A stretch of DNA of 64,000 bases from contig CBDBHR010000030.1 of the NCBI GenBank assembly GCA_965205865.1, forward strand, positions 64,001 to 128,000, in the 5' to 3' direction. The translations under genes were made by a program, and so were the position numbers. This document shows positions 19,904-29,867 of the stretch, piece by piece. The stretch's first letter is position 1. Each line of letters opens with the position of its first letter. Under the pieces are notes generated by a model, which saw only the letters and a program-made list of their open reading frames with translations, did no database searches and was not told the DNA's origin. The DNA is from a bacterium (GTDB taxonomy: Bacteria; SAR324; NAC60-12).

Positions 19904-20012
19904 TTTTTCAATGTTATTGAACTGAACGGCTTCTGACTGTCCCCGGATTTGAGCAGATTTATTGATTTTTTATTTTTTTTTGCGAATCCCGCATTTATTT
20001 TATGTCAGGGGG

Positions 20013-20040
20013 TTGACATTGTGTTGTTTTGTGTTATAAT
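20013..20040 (+). promoter_or_regulatory. Consensus sigma70 promoter of RNA unit 2
   Basis: TTGACA-16 bp-TATAAT with TG extended -10; repeated at 20282-20307 (14-bp spacer, TGtTATAAT). Confidence 0.75.
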
Positions 20041-20046
20041 CTTGCC

Positions 20047-20178
20047 ATTGCTGAGTTGCTTTGGTGAAAGAGGGTTCCCGATCGATTGAACAAAATCTTG
20101 GGAGGGTTCTCGCCCGTTCGATTCAAAATAGGTGCGGGAGGAAGTGAAGTGATGGATCCTCTTCGGGAATCTTTTTTT
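20047..20178 (+). ncRNA. Putative IS66-end structured RNA, unit 2
   Basis: Promoter, 5' stem, two hairpin modules, weak stem plus T7; no long ORF. Confidence 0.6.
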
Positions 20179-20313
20179 ACCGATATTGAACTAAACGGCT
20201 TCTGACTGTCCCAGGATTTGAGCAGATTTATTGTTTTTTTAAATTTTTTTGCGAATCCCGAATTAATTTTACGTCAGGGGGTTGACATTACTTTATTGTG
20301 TTATAATCACGTC

Positions 20314-20412
20314 TTCGTTAAGTTGTGTTTATGAAAGAAGAGGGTTTCCGATCGATTGAACAATATCGTGGGAGGACTTGAAAACGATCGATCCTCTCCG
20401 GGAATCTTTTTT
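20314..20412 (+). ncRNA. Putative IS66-end structured RNA, unit 3
   Basis: 269-bp period from unit 2; one hairpin module; ends ~45 bp before the element terminus. Confidence 0.6.
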
Positions 20413-20469
20413 AACGATATTTAATAAACGGGTTTTTCAGAGACCTAAATAGTTACAAATTGCTTAACA

Positions 20470-22165
20470 CCTAAATCCTGCAATTGAATATTTTGATTGA
20501 GTTTCCCCCCACTCTTTGAGAGGTTTTTTTAAAAAAAAGGATTTGAGAGTTGAATTTCCATCAGTCCTTGCTCATAAAGGTTTTTCCGCCCTCCATTAGA
20601 TCGTCATATTTTGTGATGATCTGATACCCGCTTTCGCGGGCACAAGATTCAAGACGTACTTCTCCCTGGATTTGGGAATTTACATCTCAGCAAAATGTAT
20701 CCACTGGAGTGAAACAAAGGATCTAGGTCTCTCCAACAGCGACCCATGCATCCCATTGAGCATTGTAAAGTGTTCTTTCCGGAACTCTCAGTTTTTGTTG
20801 ACGAGCGCCACTCGTCCATTTTCCTGCCATTCGGACAAGATAGGTGCGCATGGTGGCCGGTTCCCAACGGCGCAGTATTGCGTTACCACTACAAAGGGCC
20901 ATCCAGCGCAGCGTGTTGTAAGCGAGTATCGCGCATTGGAACAAGGCACTGTTGGCCCAAAAATCGTCGGTTTTAATCTGAGCCAGCGCAGTTTGATTTT
21001 TTGCTTCCTCAATCCATGTCTCAGCGACCGCCCTTTGGCCATACTCTTTGTGAGCCTGCCAGGGAGTGAGCGCGTCAGTGAGAACATAACAAAAATAATC
21101 GTACTCCTTCATCTCAAAGAGGGTGGCCATCCCTTTGAGTTCCTCCTCTTTCTCCCTGCGTACGGCCATGAATTTTCTTGACCTCCTCCAAGTTTCACAT
21201 TGGTGGGAAAACTCACACCCTTCCCAAGCGGGCTGCCCCTTCACTTTTTGCCATTTTTGGGTTTCCAACAACGAGACAAGCCCCTTGAGTTTGACCTTGA
21301 TCAGATAGCCATGGCCTCGTTCTTCGAGGAAATCCAGCAAATCCCCCACAAAAAAACCACTGTCTCCACGAAACAGAGTGCGAGTCCGATTTGGAAGGTG
21401 AGCGAGAAGTTGCCGCATGAATTCAACGACTCCATTGCTGGTATAGGCACTCCCATCACGAAGCCAACCCTGAAGAATCTCCTTTGTCTCTGTGCAAAAT
21501 GCCAGCAGAGGATGATACGAAGCTGCACCGCGTTTGTGGGGATTATATCCGACAGACACTCCTTGCTGCTTGCCGTAGGCCGTTTTCACAGTGGAGTCCA
21601 CGTCAATCACAAGACAGTGTAACACCCCAACGATGCTTGTCCCACTTCGAAGCGCCTTACGCCAGATACCGGCTCGAATCCGATGGTTCAAGCTCTCCAT
21701 CTCATTGATGTTTTTCTGTGTGAAAGTACGCAGTATCCGGCCGAATGTGGTTTCATCCGGAATCCTCAGCCAACCGGCCACACGACTCAAAACACGGTCG
21801 TTCCAAACTGTCACAATCGAACGAATCGAACGGGCGCCACCAACAATGCCGACCACCGACAAAATGACCATGTCCACCGCGTCATAAAGACCCGTGGCGC
21901 CACGCCGATGATCTACGGTCTGCTCTGTCTTTGAAACAATCCCTTCTTTGTGAAAAAATTTGACAACCGGAATCAAGCCTGCTTGCGCGGTCAGGTCTCT
22001 GCCTCCCTGGCTGATATGGATGTTTTTTGCTGTCGTTCTTGCCGATCTTGCGCTACCTTTGTTTTTCATGGTAATGGTGATCTCTTAAAATGTTGATTCT
22101 GGTGTTAACTATTTGAGTATATTACCATTTCCATGTTTGATTGTCATCTAATTGCAGGATTTAGG
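20470..22165 (-). mobile_element. IS1380-family element
   Basis: 16-bp TIRs cctaaatcctgcaatt / aattgcaggatttagg; 5-bp TSD taaca. Confidence 0.9.
20723..22069 (-). CDS. IS1380 family transposase
   Basis: LTAQAGL, IDVDST, GYNPHKRGAASYHPL, RGDSGF, YGQRAVAETWIEEAK. Confidence 0.95.
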   Translation of the reverse strand: MKNKGSARSARTTAKNIHISQGGRDLTAQAGLIPVVKFFHKEGIVSKTEQTVDHRRGATGLYDAVDMVILSVVGIVGGARSIRSIVTVWNDRVLSRVAGWLRIPDETTFGRILRTFTQKNINEMESLNHRIRAGIWRKALRSGTSIVGVLHCLVIDVDSTVKTAYGKQQGVSVGYNPHKRGAASYHPLLAFCTETKEILQGWLRDGSAYTSNGVVEFMRQLLAHLPNRTRTLFRGDSGFFVGDLLDFLEERGHGYLIKVKLKGLVSLLETQKWQKVKGQPAWEGCEFSHQCETWRRSRKFMAVRREKEEELKGMATLFEMKEYDYFCYVLTDALTPWQAHKEYGQRAVAETWIEEAKNQTALAQIKTDDFWANSALFQCAILAYNTLRWMALCSGNAILRRWEPATMRTYLVRMAGKWTSGARQQKLRVPERTLYNAQWDAWVAVGET

Positions 22166-22331
22166 TAACATAAATTTGTAATATTCATGGTGAATATTGC
22201 TTTTTTAACTCCTTATATTAAAGGTCAAAATGAAACGAATCATCAGAAGCATCGTCGAGAACGTGTTTTCGATAACGAAAGCAGTTTTTAAATCAATCCT
22301 TAATTTTGAACATGCAATCGAAAGGAAAAAG

Positions 22332-24104
22332 ATGGAAAATCAAAAAAGCAAATCAACCTTCAGGGCAATTCTGTTGGCCTTCATCATGGGGGTGGCAGTT
22401 TTCTTGGGCAGCCCGGTCTGGGCAGCCGAAATGGTCAAAGATCCGGCCACCGGAGAGATGGTGACGGCGCCGAATTATGGGGGGAAATTAACCTACCCCT
22501 TGGCTACGGATCCTCTGAATATTGACCCCTATGCCTGGGTATATGCGGGAATGGTCGTCGGTCCCGTTAATGAGAAGCTAGGCATCGCGGACTGGGCAGT
22601 ACCCAGGGACGAATTCGACTTTAGAAGCCTTTACATCCCTGATCATTTGCTAAAAGGTAGGCTGGCTGAAAGCTGGGAAACGCCCGACCCCACAACGATC
22701 ATCTTCCATATCCGCCAGGGCGTTCACTGGCACGATAAGGCACCAATGAATGGGAGAGAATTAACGGCCAAGGACATAGAATATACCTTTCACCGTCTAT
22801 TGGGCCTGGGCAGCGGCTTCACCGAGAAGTTCCCCCAATGGAGCGATTTGTGGGAGCCTATAGAATCCGTAGAGGCTACCGATAATTGGACGGTTGTTTT
22901 TAAGCTGAATCGGGTATCCCTCACTATGCTGAAGATTATCCTCTCCAAAGAGCATGCTGCCATTGTAGCCCCCGAGGTAATCAAGGAACACGGCAACGCT
23001 GAGGATTGGAGGAACGTGGTCGGCACCGGTCCCTATGAGCTGACTGACCATGTCCCGGGCAGCTCTTGGAGCTACACCAAGAATCCTGACTACTGGGGCA
23101 CCGACGAAAAATACCCGGAGAACCGCTTGCCCTATGTTGACGAGCTAAAGATGCTGTTTATGCTGGAACCGGCAACACGTCTGGCGGCATTGCGCTCGGC
23201 TAAGGTTGATATGCTAAGTAACGTCAGCTACTCTTCAATAACCTCTATCGACCAGGTAGAGAGCCTGCAGAGGACCAACCCCGAAATCGTGCTGTACCCG
23301 TGGTCAATGCGGGCCCAAACGGCTCTTCATGCTGACGTGCAGAGGAAGCCCTGGAGCGACATCAGGGTGCGTATCGCATTACAGATGGCAATCGACCGTG
23401 AGACACTTAACGCGACCTACTTTAAGGGTTGGGCAGACACCAGACCTGAGGGGAGTAACGGGAGAGCCTTTGTCGGGTATAGCAACCCATATGAAACGTG
23501 GCCCGAAGAGCTTAAGGAAGAATTTGCCTATAACCCGCAAAGGGCCGAGGAGCTCCTTGATGAGGCCGGATATCCTCGCGGCGCGGACGGTATTTGATTC
23601 AAGACGACTTATCAACACTTGGATTTCTACGATTTAGACTATTATCAATTGGTCATGTCATACTTGCGTGAGATTGGCATTGAGACAGAGATTACGGTAC
23701 ATGACAATCCTTCTCATATGGCTCTTTGGCGAGAGCATACTTATGAAGGTCTGATTAATGGTAATACCGGCCAGGAGTGGTTCCCTCCCGAGCAGCCGAA
23801 ATGGTTTTACTCGACCTATTGGAACAATAAATCGAATGCCCAGGACCCGGTTTATGACGCCATGGTTGACGCCTTTCTTGCCGCTACCACCATTGAGGAG
23901 CAGAAGAGGTACTTTAGAGAGGCCGATATGTACGTAATAAAGAATCACTGGGTGATAGCTGGTCCCAGACCTCCAATGTTTAATGCGGTCCAGCCGTGGG
24001 TCATAGGTTATAACGGCGAAAACGACCTTGGCACTACTGAGGGACCTGTCATCTTCTCCCGCCTCTGGATTGATAGTGAGCTGAAGAAAGAAATGGGGCA
24101 TTAG
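22332..24104 (+). pseudogene. Family-5 ABC substrate-binding protein with one in-frame TGA (23595-23597)
   Basis: ORFs 22230-23597 and 23619-24104 are in the same frame; TGA aligns with Arg of GTRFKTT in paralogs. Confidence 0.85.
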
Positions 24105-24217
24105 GGGTTTCGCCCCTTGTGACTGGGCTCAGGGGAAAAAGGGGGTCGGGGGTCCTTGGCGCGGAAGCTCAAGCTTCCCAGCTCCCTAACTTATTGAATA
24201 ATGAGAGGACGGCAACG

Positions 24218-24277
24218 AGATTGCCACGCCCTTCAGTGGAAGGGCTCGCAATGACGAAAGAGGGCTCGCAATGACGA
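24218..24277 (-). repeat. CGTC-type REP-like palindromes
   Basis: gagattgccacgcccttcagtggaagggctcgcaatgacg plus a partial repeat; degenerate copy at 50427-50487. Confidence 0.65.
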
Positions 24278-24290
24278 GGAGTAGTGTTAC

Positions 24291-25295
24291 ATGAAAGCCT
24301 ATATCATCAGGCGCTTATTGCTGGTGATCCCCACCCTATTTATATTGAGCATCCTGGTCTTTCTCTCTGTCCGCTTCATCCCCGGCGATGTCATAGACGG
24401 AATGGCGGCTAGGATGGAAGCAGCGGGGGGTGCCGTTATTGACCGTGAAGCTCTTGAGCATATGCTGGGATTAGACATGCCTGTCCACGTGCAGTATGGA
24501 CGCTGGATGGGAGTGTTGCCGACCCCTGACGGGGTTACCGGTGAGTCCCACTTGAAAGGTCTCCTCCAGGGCACCCTTGGCGAATCAATGATGCCTGGCC
24601 ATTTCACGGTAGAGGAGAGGATATTAGGTAGATTGCCAGTAACCATTGAGCTTGGCGTCCTGGCCATCGTCATCTCGCTCTTGATAGCCCTGCCAGTCGG
24701 CATCTACTCGGCGATTCGCCAGGATACCGCCGCCGACTACGCTGGGCGCTCCATCGCCATCATCGGCCTGGCAACTCCTAACTTCTGGCTGGGAATTATG
24801 GTCATGACCTTCCCGGCAATCTGGTGGGGCTGGTCGCCACCGATGGAAGTGGTTCGGTTCACGGAAGACCCGCTGGGGAACCTCGGGGTGTTCCTCATTC
24901 CCAGCTTGATTCTGGGGACGGCCATGGCTGCAGCCACCATGCGGATGACGCGTACCATGATGCTGGAGGTGCTCAGGCAGGACTATATCAGGACGGCCTG
25001 GTCCAAGGGTCTCAAGGAGAGGGTAGTTATTATCAGACACGCTTTCAAGAATGCCCTCATCCCGATAGTTACCCTGGTAGGCCTGCAGTTACCTATCCTG
25101 GTCGGGGGCGCCGTTATTATGGAGAACATATTTAACCTGCCGGGGTTAGGTCGTCTCCTGCTGTTTGCACTCAATGACAGAGACTACCCGACAGTCTCCG
25201 GAGTCAACCTGGTTCTCGCCACCGTGGTTATAGGGGTCAATCTCCTCATCGACCTGATTTATCCTTATTTGGATCCGAGGGTGAGGTATGAGTGA
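24291..25295 (+). CDS. DppB/OppB-like ABC permease
   Basis: Intact 334 aa; RQDYIRTAWSKGL; DPRVRYE. Confidence 0.92.
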   Translation: MKAYIIRRLLLVIPTLFILSILVFLSVRFIPGDVIDGMAARMEAAGGAVIDREALEHMLGLDMPVHVQYGRWMGVLPTPDGVTGESHLKGLLQGTLGESMMPGHFTVEERILGRLPVTIELGVLAIVISLLIALPVGIYSAIRQDTAADYAGRSIAIIGLATPNFWLGIMVMTFPAIWWGWSPPMEVVRFTEDPLGNLGVFLIPSLILGTAMAAATMRMTRTMMLEVLRQDYIRTAWSKGLKERVVIIRHAFKNALIPIVTLVGLQLPILVGGAVIMENIFNLPGLGRLLLFALNDRDYPTVSGVNLVLATVVIGVNLLIDLIYPYLDPRVRYE

Positions 25296-26235
25296 GCCCA
25301 AGCAACGAAGCCAGATTGCGGATTTCTTCATCAGGCTGTGGCGGGAGAAACCACTGGGTACTGCCTGCGGTATTATCATATTGATATTGATTTTTGTCGC
25401 GATCTTTGCCGATGTTCTGGCCCCTTATGGATATGATGAAATGCACGCGGTGGACAGGCTTCAGGGCTCATCATACCGGTATCTCCTCGGGACCGACCAG
25501 TTGGGGCGAGACCTCCTGAGCCGCCTGATCTACGGGGCTCGTAATTCGTTAATTGTCGGTCTGGCAGCGACCGCTCTCAATGTGATCGTCGCTGTCCTGA
25601 TCGGCGGCACTTCAGGATTCATTGGTGGAAAATTGGACCTGGCTATGCAGAGATTTGTCGATGCCTGGATGGCTTTTCCGGGACTGCTCCTCTTGTTAAC
25701 CATCATGTCCATAGCGGGGAGGGGTTTATTACAGATCATCGTGGTCCTGGGGATCGCAGGAGGCATCGCCGGCTCAAGAATAGTCAGAGGCGCCGTGATC
25801 GGCATTAAGAAGAATGATTATTTTCAGGCCGCCAAAGCCGTGGGCACCCCCACGCGCCAAATCCTCTTACGACATGTGCTGCCCAATATCGTACCGCCTG
25901 TCATCATCATCTTCTCAATCAACATCGGGGGGGTGATTATCTCCGCGGCTGCTCTGAGTTTCCTGGGATTCGGTTTGCCACCCCAGACTCCTGACTGGGG
26001 CGCTATGCTCAGCAATGAAGGGCGTCGCTACATGGAGATGGCGCCACGGCTGGCTCTCTGGCCTGGTCTATGCCTGACTATGGTCGTTTACAGTCTGAAC
26101 ATGTTTGGCGACGCCATGAGGGACTTGCTCGACCCCCGTCTGCGAAGCGGTCAGGGCAGTTATGGCACCGCAAAGAGAAAACGCAAACGAGGCTTCCTGG
26201 CCCGATTGATCAACCCCTTCTCTATTGATGAGTAA
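25288..26235 (+). CDS. DppC/OppC-like ABC permease
   Basis: Intact 315 aa; LGTDQLGRDLLSR, HVLPN, GDAMRDLLDPR. Confidence 0.92.
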   Translation: MSEPKQRSQIADFFIRLWREKPLGTACGIIILILIFVAIFADVLAPYGYDEMHAVDRLQGSSYRYLLGTDQLGRDLLSRLIYGARNSLIVGLAATALNVIVAVLIGGTSGFIGGKLDLAMQRFVDAWMAFPGLLLLLTIMSIAGRGLLQIIVVLGIAGGIAGSRIVRGAVIGIKKNDYFQAAKAVGTPTRQILLRHVLPNIVPPVIIIFSINIGGVIISAAALSFLGFGLPPQTPDWGAMLSNEGRRYMEMAPRLALWPGLCLTMVVYSLNMFGDAMRDLLDPRLRSGQGSYGTAKRKRKRGFLARLINPFSIDE

Positions 26236-26306
26236 TTAATTGGAATAAACCCCCACCTCCGGTGAGGGACCCATATAGGTTTGAGCGTGCGCAGTAGTCA
26301 TAGTTT

Positions 26307-26498
26307 AGTCCCGGAGGGACGAAAGATCATAGCCCAGCCATTGATGGCTGGGGACTGATTTTGATGCTGGATCCAGTCCCGGAGGGACGACACTTAAAGC
26401 GCACTGAAGAAAAAGTGTCGTCCCTCCGGGACTAAAAAACTTTTGTGGCCTATCCCAGCCATCAATGGCTGGGCTATGCCCTGTCACCCCTCCGGGGT
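26307..26498. repeat. gtcccggagggac / cccagccattgatggctggg palindromic REP cluster
   Basis: Inverted arrangement of two hairpin types; same family as 58760-59320 and 48737-48815. Confidence 0.8.
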
Positions 26499-26668
26499 TT
26501 TCTCACCTTCCCCTGTGTGAGATCGAACCGGATCCCTCGGGGGGACCCAATAAATATCCTTTGAGACGTTCACAATAATAAGCCACCGGCTTTACCGGTG
26601 GTCACTTTAACTGATGAATAAACTGCCATGCGCAACTTCAGCACTCCCCGGATTCTCAAGGAGACACT

Positions 26669-29359
26669 ATGAGTAGCACCCAGGTATACCCCTTTGCAGT
26701 TCTAGACAACGCACTGGTTGTCGATCCGGATACGGTCGGGGGCAAGGGGCTGTCGTTGGCACGCATGACTGCTGCCGGATTTCCAGTTCCGGCCAGCTTT
26801 ACGGTCACAACCGCCGCCTACCGGCAGTTTGTTTCTGACAACGGTCTTCAAGCGGCCATCATCGATGGGGCAAAACCGGAACTCGTGGGCACAGCGGTGT
26901 CTTTCGATTCCGCCTCGGCGCGTATCCGGTCGTTGTTTGCCAAAGCTGAGCTAAGGGAGGAACTGAAGGCGCAGATCGCGGAGGTCTATGCCGCCCTGGG
27001 CGCCGGCGAGCCACCGGTTGCGGTGCGTTCCTCGGCAAACGCGGAAGACCTGCCGGACCTGTCTTTTGCGGGGCAGCAGGACACCTATCTCAATATACGC
27101 GGTAGCGATGCGGTGTTCGCCGCGGTGCGCGACTGCTGGGCGTCGTTGTGGAGCGCACGGGCCCTCCGTTATCGGCATGAACATGCCATCGCCCAGGAGG
27201 CGGTTGCCATGGCGGTGGTGGTGCAGAAAATGGTATCCTCGGAAGTCTCCGGCATCCTCTTTAGCGCCAACCCGGCCACCGGGGAGCGCTCTGAGATGAT
27301 CGTCAATGCCGGCTTCGGGTTGGGCGAAGCGATTGTCGGCGGCGAGATCACTCCCGATACCTACCTCATCGACAGGGACGCCTTGACCGTCAAAGAGACC
27401 ATCATCGGCAGCAAGGAGCACATGATGGTGTCCACTGCAGGCCAGGGTACCGACAACCGTGAGTTGAGCGCGGTGGAACGGGAACAGTCGTCGCTGGCGG
27501 AGCCGGTGTTGCGGGAACTGGCCCAACTCGCCATCGCCGTGGAGCAGCACTTCGGCCAGCCCCAGGATATCGAGTGGGCGGTCGTCAACGGGACCCTGTC
27601 GCTGCTGCAGTCGCGGCCCATTACCAACCTGCCTCCGGCACCGCTGAAGGACGTTCGGTGGGAAAAACCCGACCTGCCGGATTGGGTCTTAGATATTCCG
27701 CTCATACGAAGAAACCTGGTGGAGCATATCCCGGGTCCGGTCTCGCCGCTGTTCGAAGATCTCTACCTGAAGGATGCGGTGGGCGTGGGTGGTGGAGCGG
27801 GGCAGGGTTTTCATTACGCTGTCAATGGTTATGCGTATTGGACGGGGGGTACGCCCCCAGGTGTGGAATCGAGAACTACGGCCCACTGGCCCGGGTCTGC
27901 GAACGAACAGACCCCTATCACGAGTATGCGGATGTTCAAGAACCCGCCAAAGTATGTCCTCAACCATATCTACAGTACGAGCAAATGGGCCAGGGTTTAC
28001 ACTGAGCGGTTTGCCTCGTGGCGCAAGGAAACGTTGCCCGCGTTCCTGGCCGTGATTGATGAGTGGCGGCAGGTGGACCCGCGGGCAGCATCGGATGTGG
28101 CACTGCTGGATGGCATGCGTGCCCTGGCAAGAGCGGATGGTGAGACCTGGTGGTCACCCGCGATGAAACTGGAATCGAGGGTCAGCCGTGTCGGCACGGG
28201 GTTGGTCATGAATATGCTGCGGGGTGCGGAAATGAGATTCCATGAATTTCTGCGGAAAGCGGCCCCGGGGAAGGGGTTTAGCAGCGGCCATTTCCTCAGC
28301 GGCCTGCGCTCGCTCTCCATGGAAGCCCAGGACGAGATCTCCGACATTGCCGAACTCATCCGTGCCAATGAGGGACTGTTTGAACTCGTGCTGACCACTC
28401 CTGCGCAACGGCTGCTTGCCGCGTTGAGTGAGCGCTCAGAGGCAGCGCTGATCGTTCAGGCGATCGATCAGCATCTGGAGCGCTACGGGCATCAGATCAC
28501 TACGCTCGACTTTGTCGAACCAACGCTTGCGGAAGACCCCTTGCCGGTGATGTTGAACCTGAAAGCAGTGGTCCAGGACACCGACCACGACCCGGCCGCC
28601 ACGCAGATCGACCTCGCCAGGCGACGTCAGGCGGCCCTGAGGGAGGCGAAGCAGGCCTTCAGCGACGAAGATTGGCGGGAATTGTGCGAATTCCTCTGGG
28701 TCATGAAGCGGGTTTATCCTGATCGCGAACAGGCGCTGTTTTACCTGGGTGCCGGATGGCCGACGCTGAGAGGGCTCGCCCTCGAACTGGGGCGTCGTCT
28801 CGTCGAGGCCGGCACTCTCACCCAGCCGGACGACCTCTTCTACCTGTGGAGGGCACAGCTCGAAGAGGCTATGGCGGCGCGCCAGGCCGGTCAGGCGCTG
28901 CCGGAACTGAAGGAACGTGTCACCGAGCAGCGCGAACTGCAGCAGGCGCGCCTGCGGCTGGTGCCACCGAACACGGTGCCACCGGAAGAAGGCTGGGGGC
29001 CTGGCTGGGGCAAGACCGCCAACGACGCGGACAACGACAGCCTGAACGGCAACGCCTGCAGTCCCGGCCAGATCACCGCGCGCGCCAGCCTGGTCATGTC
29101 CCCGGCCGATTTTGCGAACATGCAACCCGGCACCATCCTCGTCTGCCCGATGACCACTCCTGCCTGGACGCAACTATTCTCCCAGGCCAAGGGTCTGGTG
29201 ACCGATATTGGTAGCATCCTCACCCATGGCTCGATCGTTGCCCGCGAGTACAACATCCCCGCGGTGCTCGGAGTCGGGATTGCCACCCAGCGGATCAGAC
29301 ACGGGCAGCTGATCCGTGTCGATGGCGACAACGGTGTGGTCGCTCTCCTTGACGAGTGA
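26669..29359 (+). CDS. PEP-utilizing enzyme, rifampin-phosphotransferase-like architecture
   Basis: N-terminal ATP-grasp (VGGKG, VRSSANAEDL..SFAGQQDT, QDIEW, QSRPIT); C-terminal swivel phospho-His domain (THGSIVAREYNIPAV); no PEP/pyruvate barrel. Confidence 0.88.
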   Translation: MSSTQVYPFAVLDNALVVDPDTVGGKGLSLARMTAAGFPVPASFTVTTAAYRQFVSDNGLQAAIIDGAKPELVGTAVSFDSASARIRSLFAKAELREELKAQIAEVYAALGAGEPPVAVRSSANAEDLPDLSFAGQQDTYLNIRGSDAVFAAVRDCWASLWSARALRYRHEHAIAQEAVAMAVVVQKMVSSEVSGILFSANPATGERSEMIVNAGFGLGEAIVGGEITPDTYLIDRDALTVKETIIGSKEHMMVSTAGQGTDNRELSAVEREQSSLAEPVLRELAQLAIAVEQHFGQPQDIEWAVVNGTLSLLQSRPITNLPPAPLKDVRWEKPDLPDWVLDIPLIRRNLVEHIPGPVSPLFEDLYLKDAVGVGGGAGQGFHYAVNGYAYWTGGTPPGVESRTTAHWPGSANEQTPITSMRMFKNPPKYVLNHIYSTSKWARVYTERFASWRKETLPAFLAVIDEWRQVDPRAASDVALLDGMRALARADGETWWSPAMKLESRVSRVGTGLVMNMLRGAEMRFHEFLRKAAPGKGFSSGHFLSGLRSLSMEAQDEISDIAELIRANEGLFELVLTTPAQRLLAALSERSEAALIVQAIDQHLERYGHQITTLDFVEPTLAEDPLPVMLNLKAVVQDTDHDPAATQIDLARRRQAALREAKQAFSDEDWRELCEFLWVMKRVYPDREQALFYLGAGWPTLRGLALELGRRLVEAGTLTQPDDLFYLWRAQLEEAMAARQAGQALPELKERVTEQRELQQARLRLVPPNTVPPEEGWGPGWGKTANDADNDSLNGNACSPGQITARASLVMSPADFANMQPGTILVCPMTTPAWTQLFSQAKGLVTDIGSILTHGSIVAREYNIPAVLGVGIATQRIRHGQLIRVDGDNGVVALLDE

Positions 29360-29373
29360 GGGGTGTGGGGATT

Positions 29374-29711
29374 ATGAAGATTCTGGTCACGAACGACGAC
29401 GGCATCGAATCGCCCGGCATCCGGGCTCTTGCCGACGCGATGAGAGAGAGCCGATTTTTGACCTTGCCGCTACGGTTTCCGAATTGTTGGCGCGAAACAT
29501 GGCAGACGGTGAAATGCCACCGGGTCTCACACTCAATGTCAACGTTGCCAGTGTCCCCCGCGGAGAAATCCGGGGTATTGCCGTCACCAAACTCTCTCCT
29601 ATTCTTTACTGGAGATTGAGAACGGAACAGGGCAGCGATGGACTCTACTATAACAAGCTCTCCGCAATCACGGAGGACCATCCCGAAATCGTAGAGGGGA
29701 GCGTTTGCTAA
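29374..29711 (+). pseudogene. surE: SurE nucleotidase remnant
   Basis: MKILVTNDDGIESPGIRAL joined out of frame to LTLNVNV..GIAVTKL. Confidence 0.8.
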
Positions 29712-29742
29712 ATCGTATGTGGTGAATGATTGAATTTGTATC

Positions 29743-29867
29743 GTTTAACATTAAGCTAAGCCACGCCTACTCAACAGAAATTGAAGAATGAAAGAAGGCT
29801 GTTTCAAAGGCGAGATTAATGGTAGCGAAGCGAAGGGCAGGCGTCGGTCTTCAGCGACTTGTTCGCA
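29743..29867 (-). other. attC-like site
   Basis: Minus strand: tgcgAACaagtcgctgaagaccgacgcctgccc ... gagtaggcgtggcttagcttaatGTTaaac, overlapping the end of the antitoxin-like ORF. Confidence 0.65.

Larger units (their letters stand above)
16812..20456 (+). mobile_element. IS66-family element (single ORF, ISBst12-like) with long 3' non-coding cargo
   Basis: TIRs gtaactatttagg / cctaaatagttac; 8-bp TSD aaattgct at 16804-16811 and 20457-20464; empty site visible at 48469-48481. Confidence 0.9.

Noticed and set aside
8791-23597. TGA recoding (Trp/Gly/Sec) to explain in-frame stops in two SBPs
   Set aside because: Both align with Arg positions in paralogs (CGA to TGA transitions), and many intact genes here end in TGA
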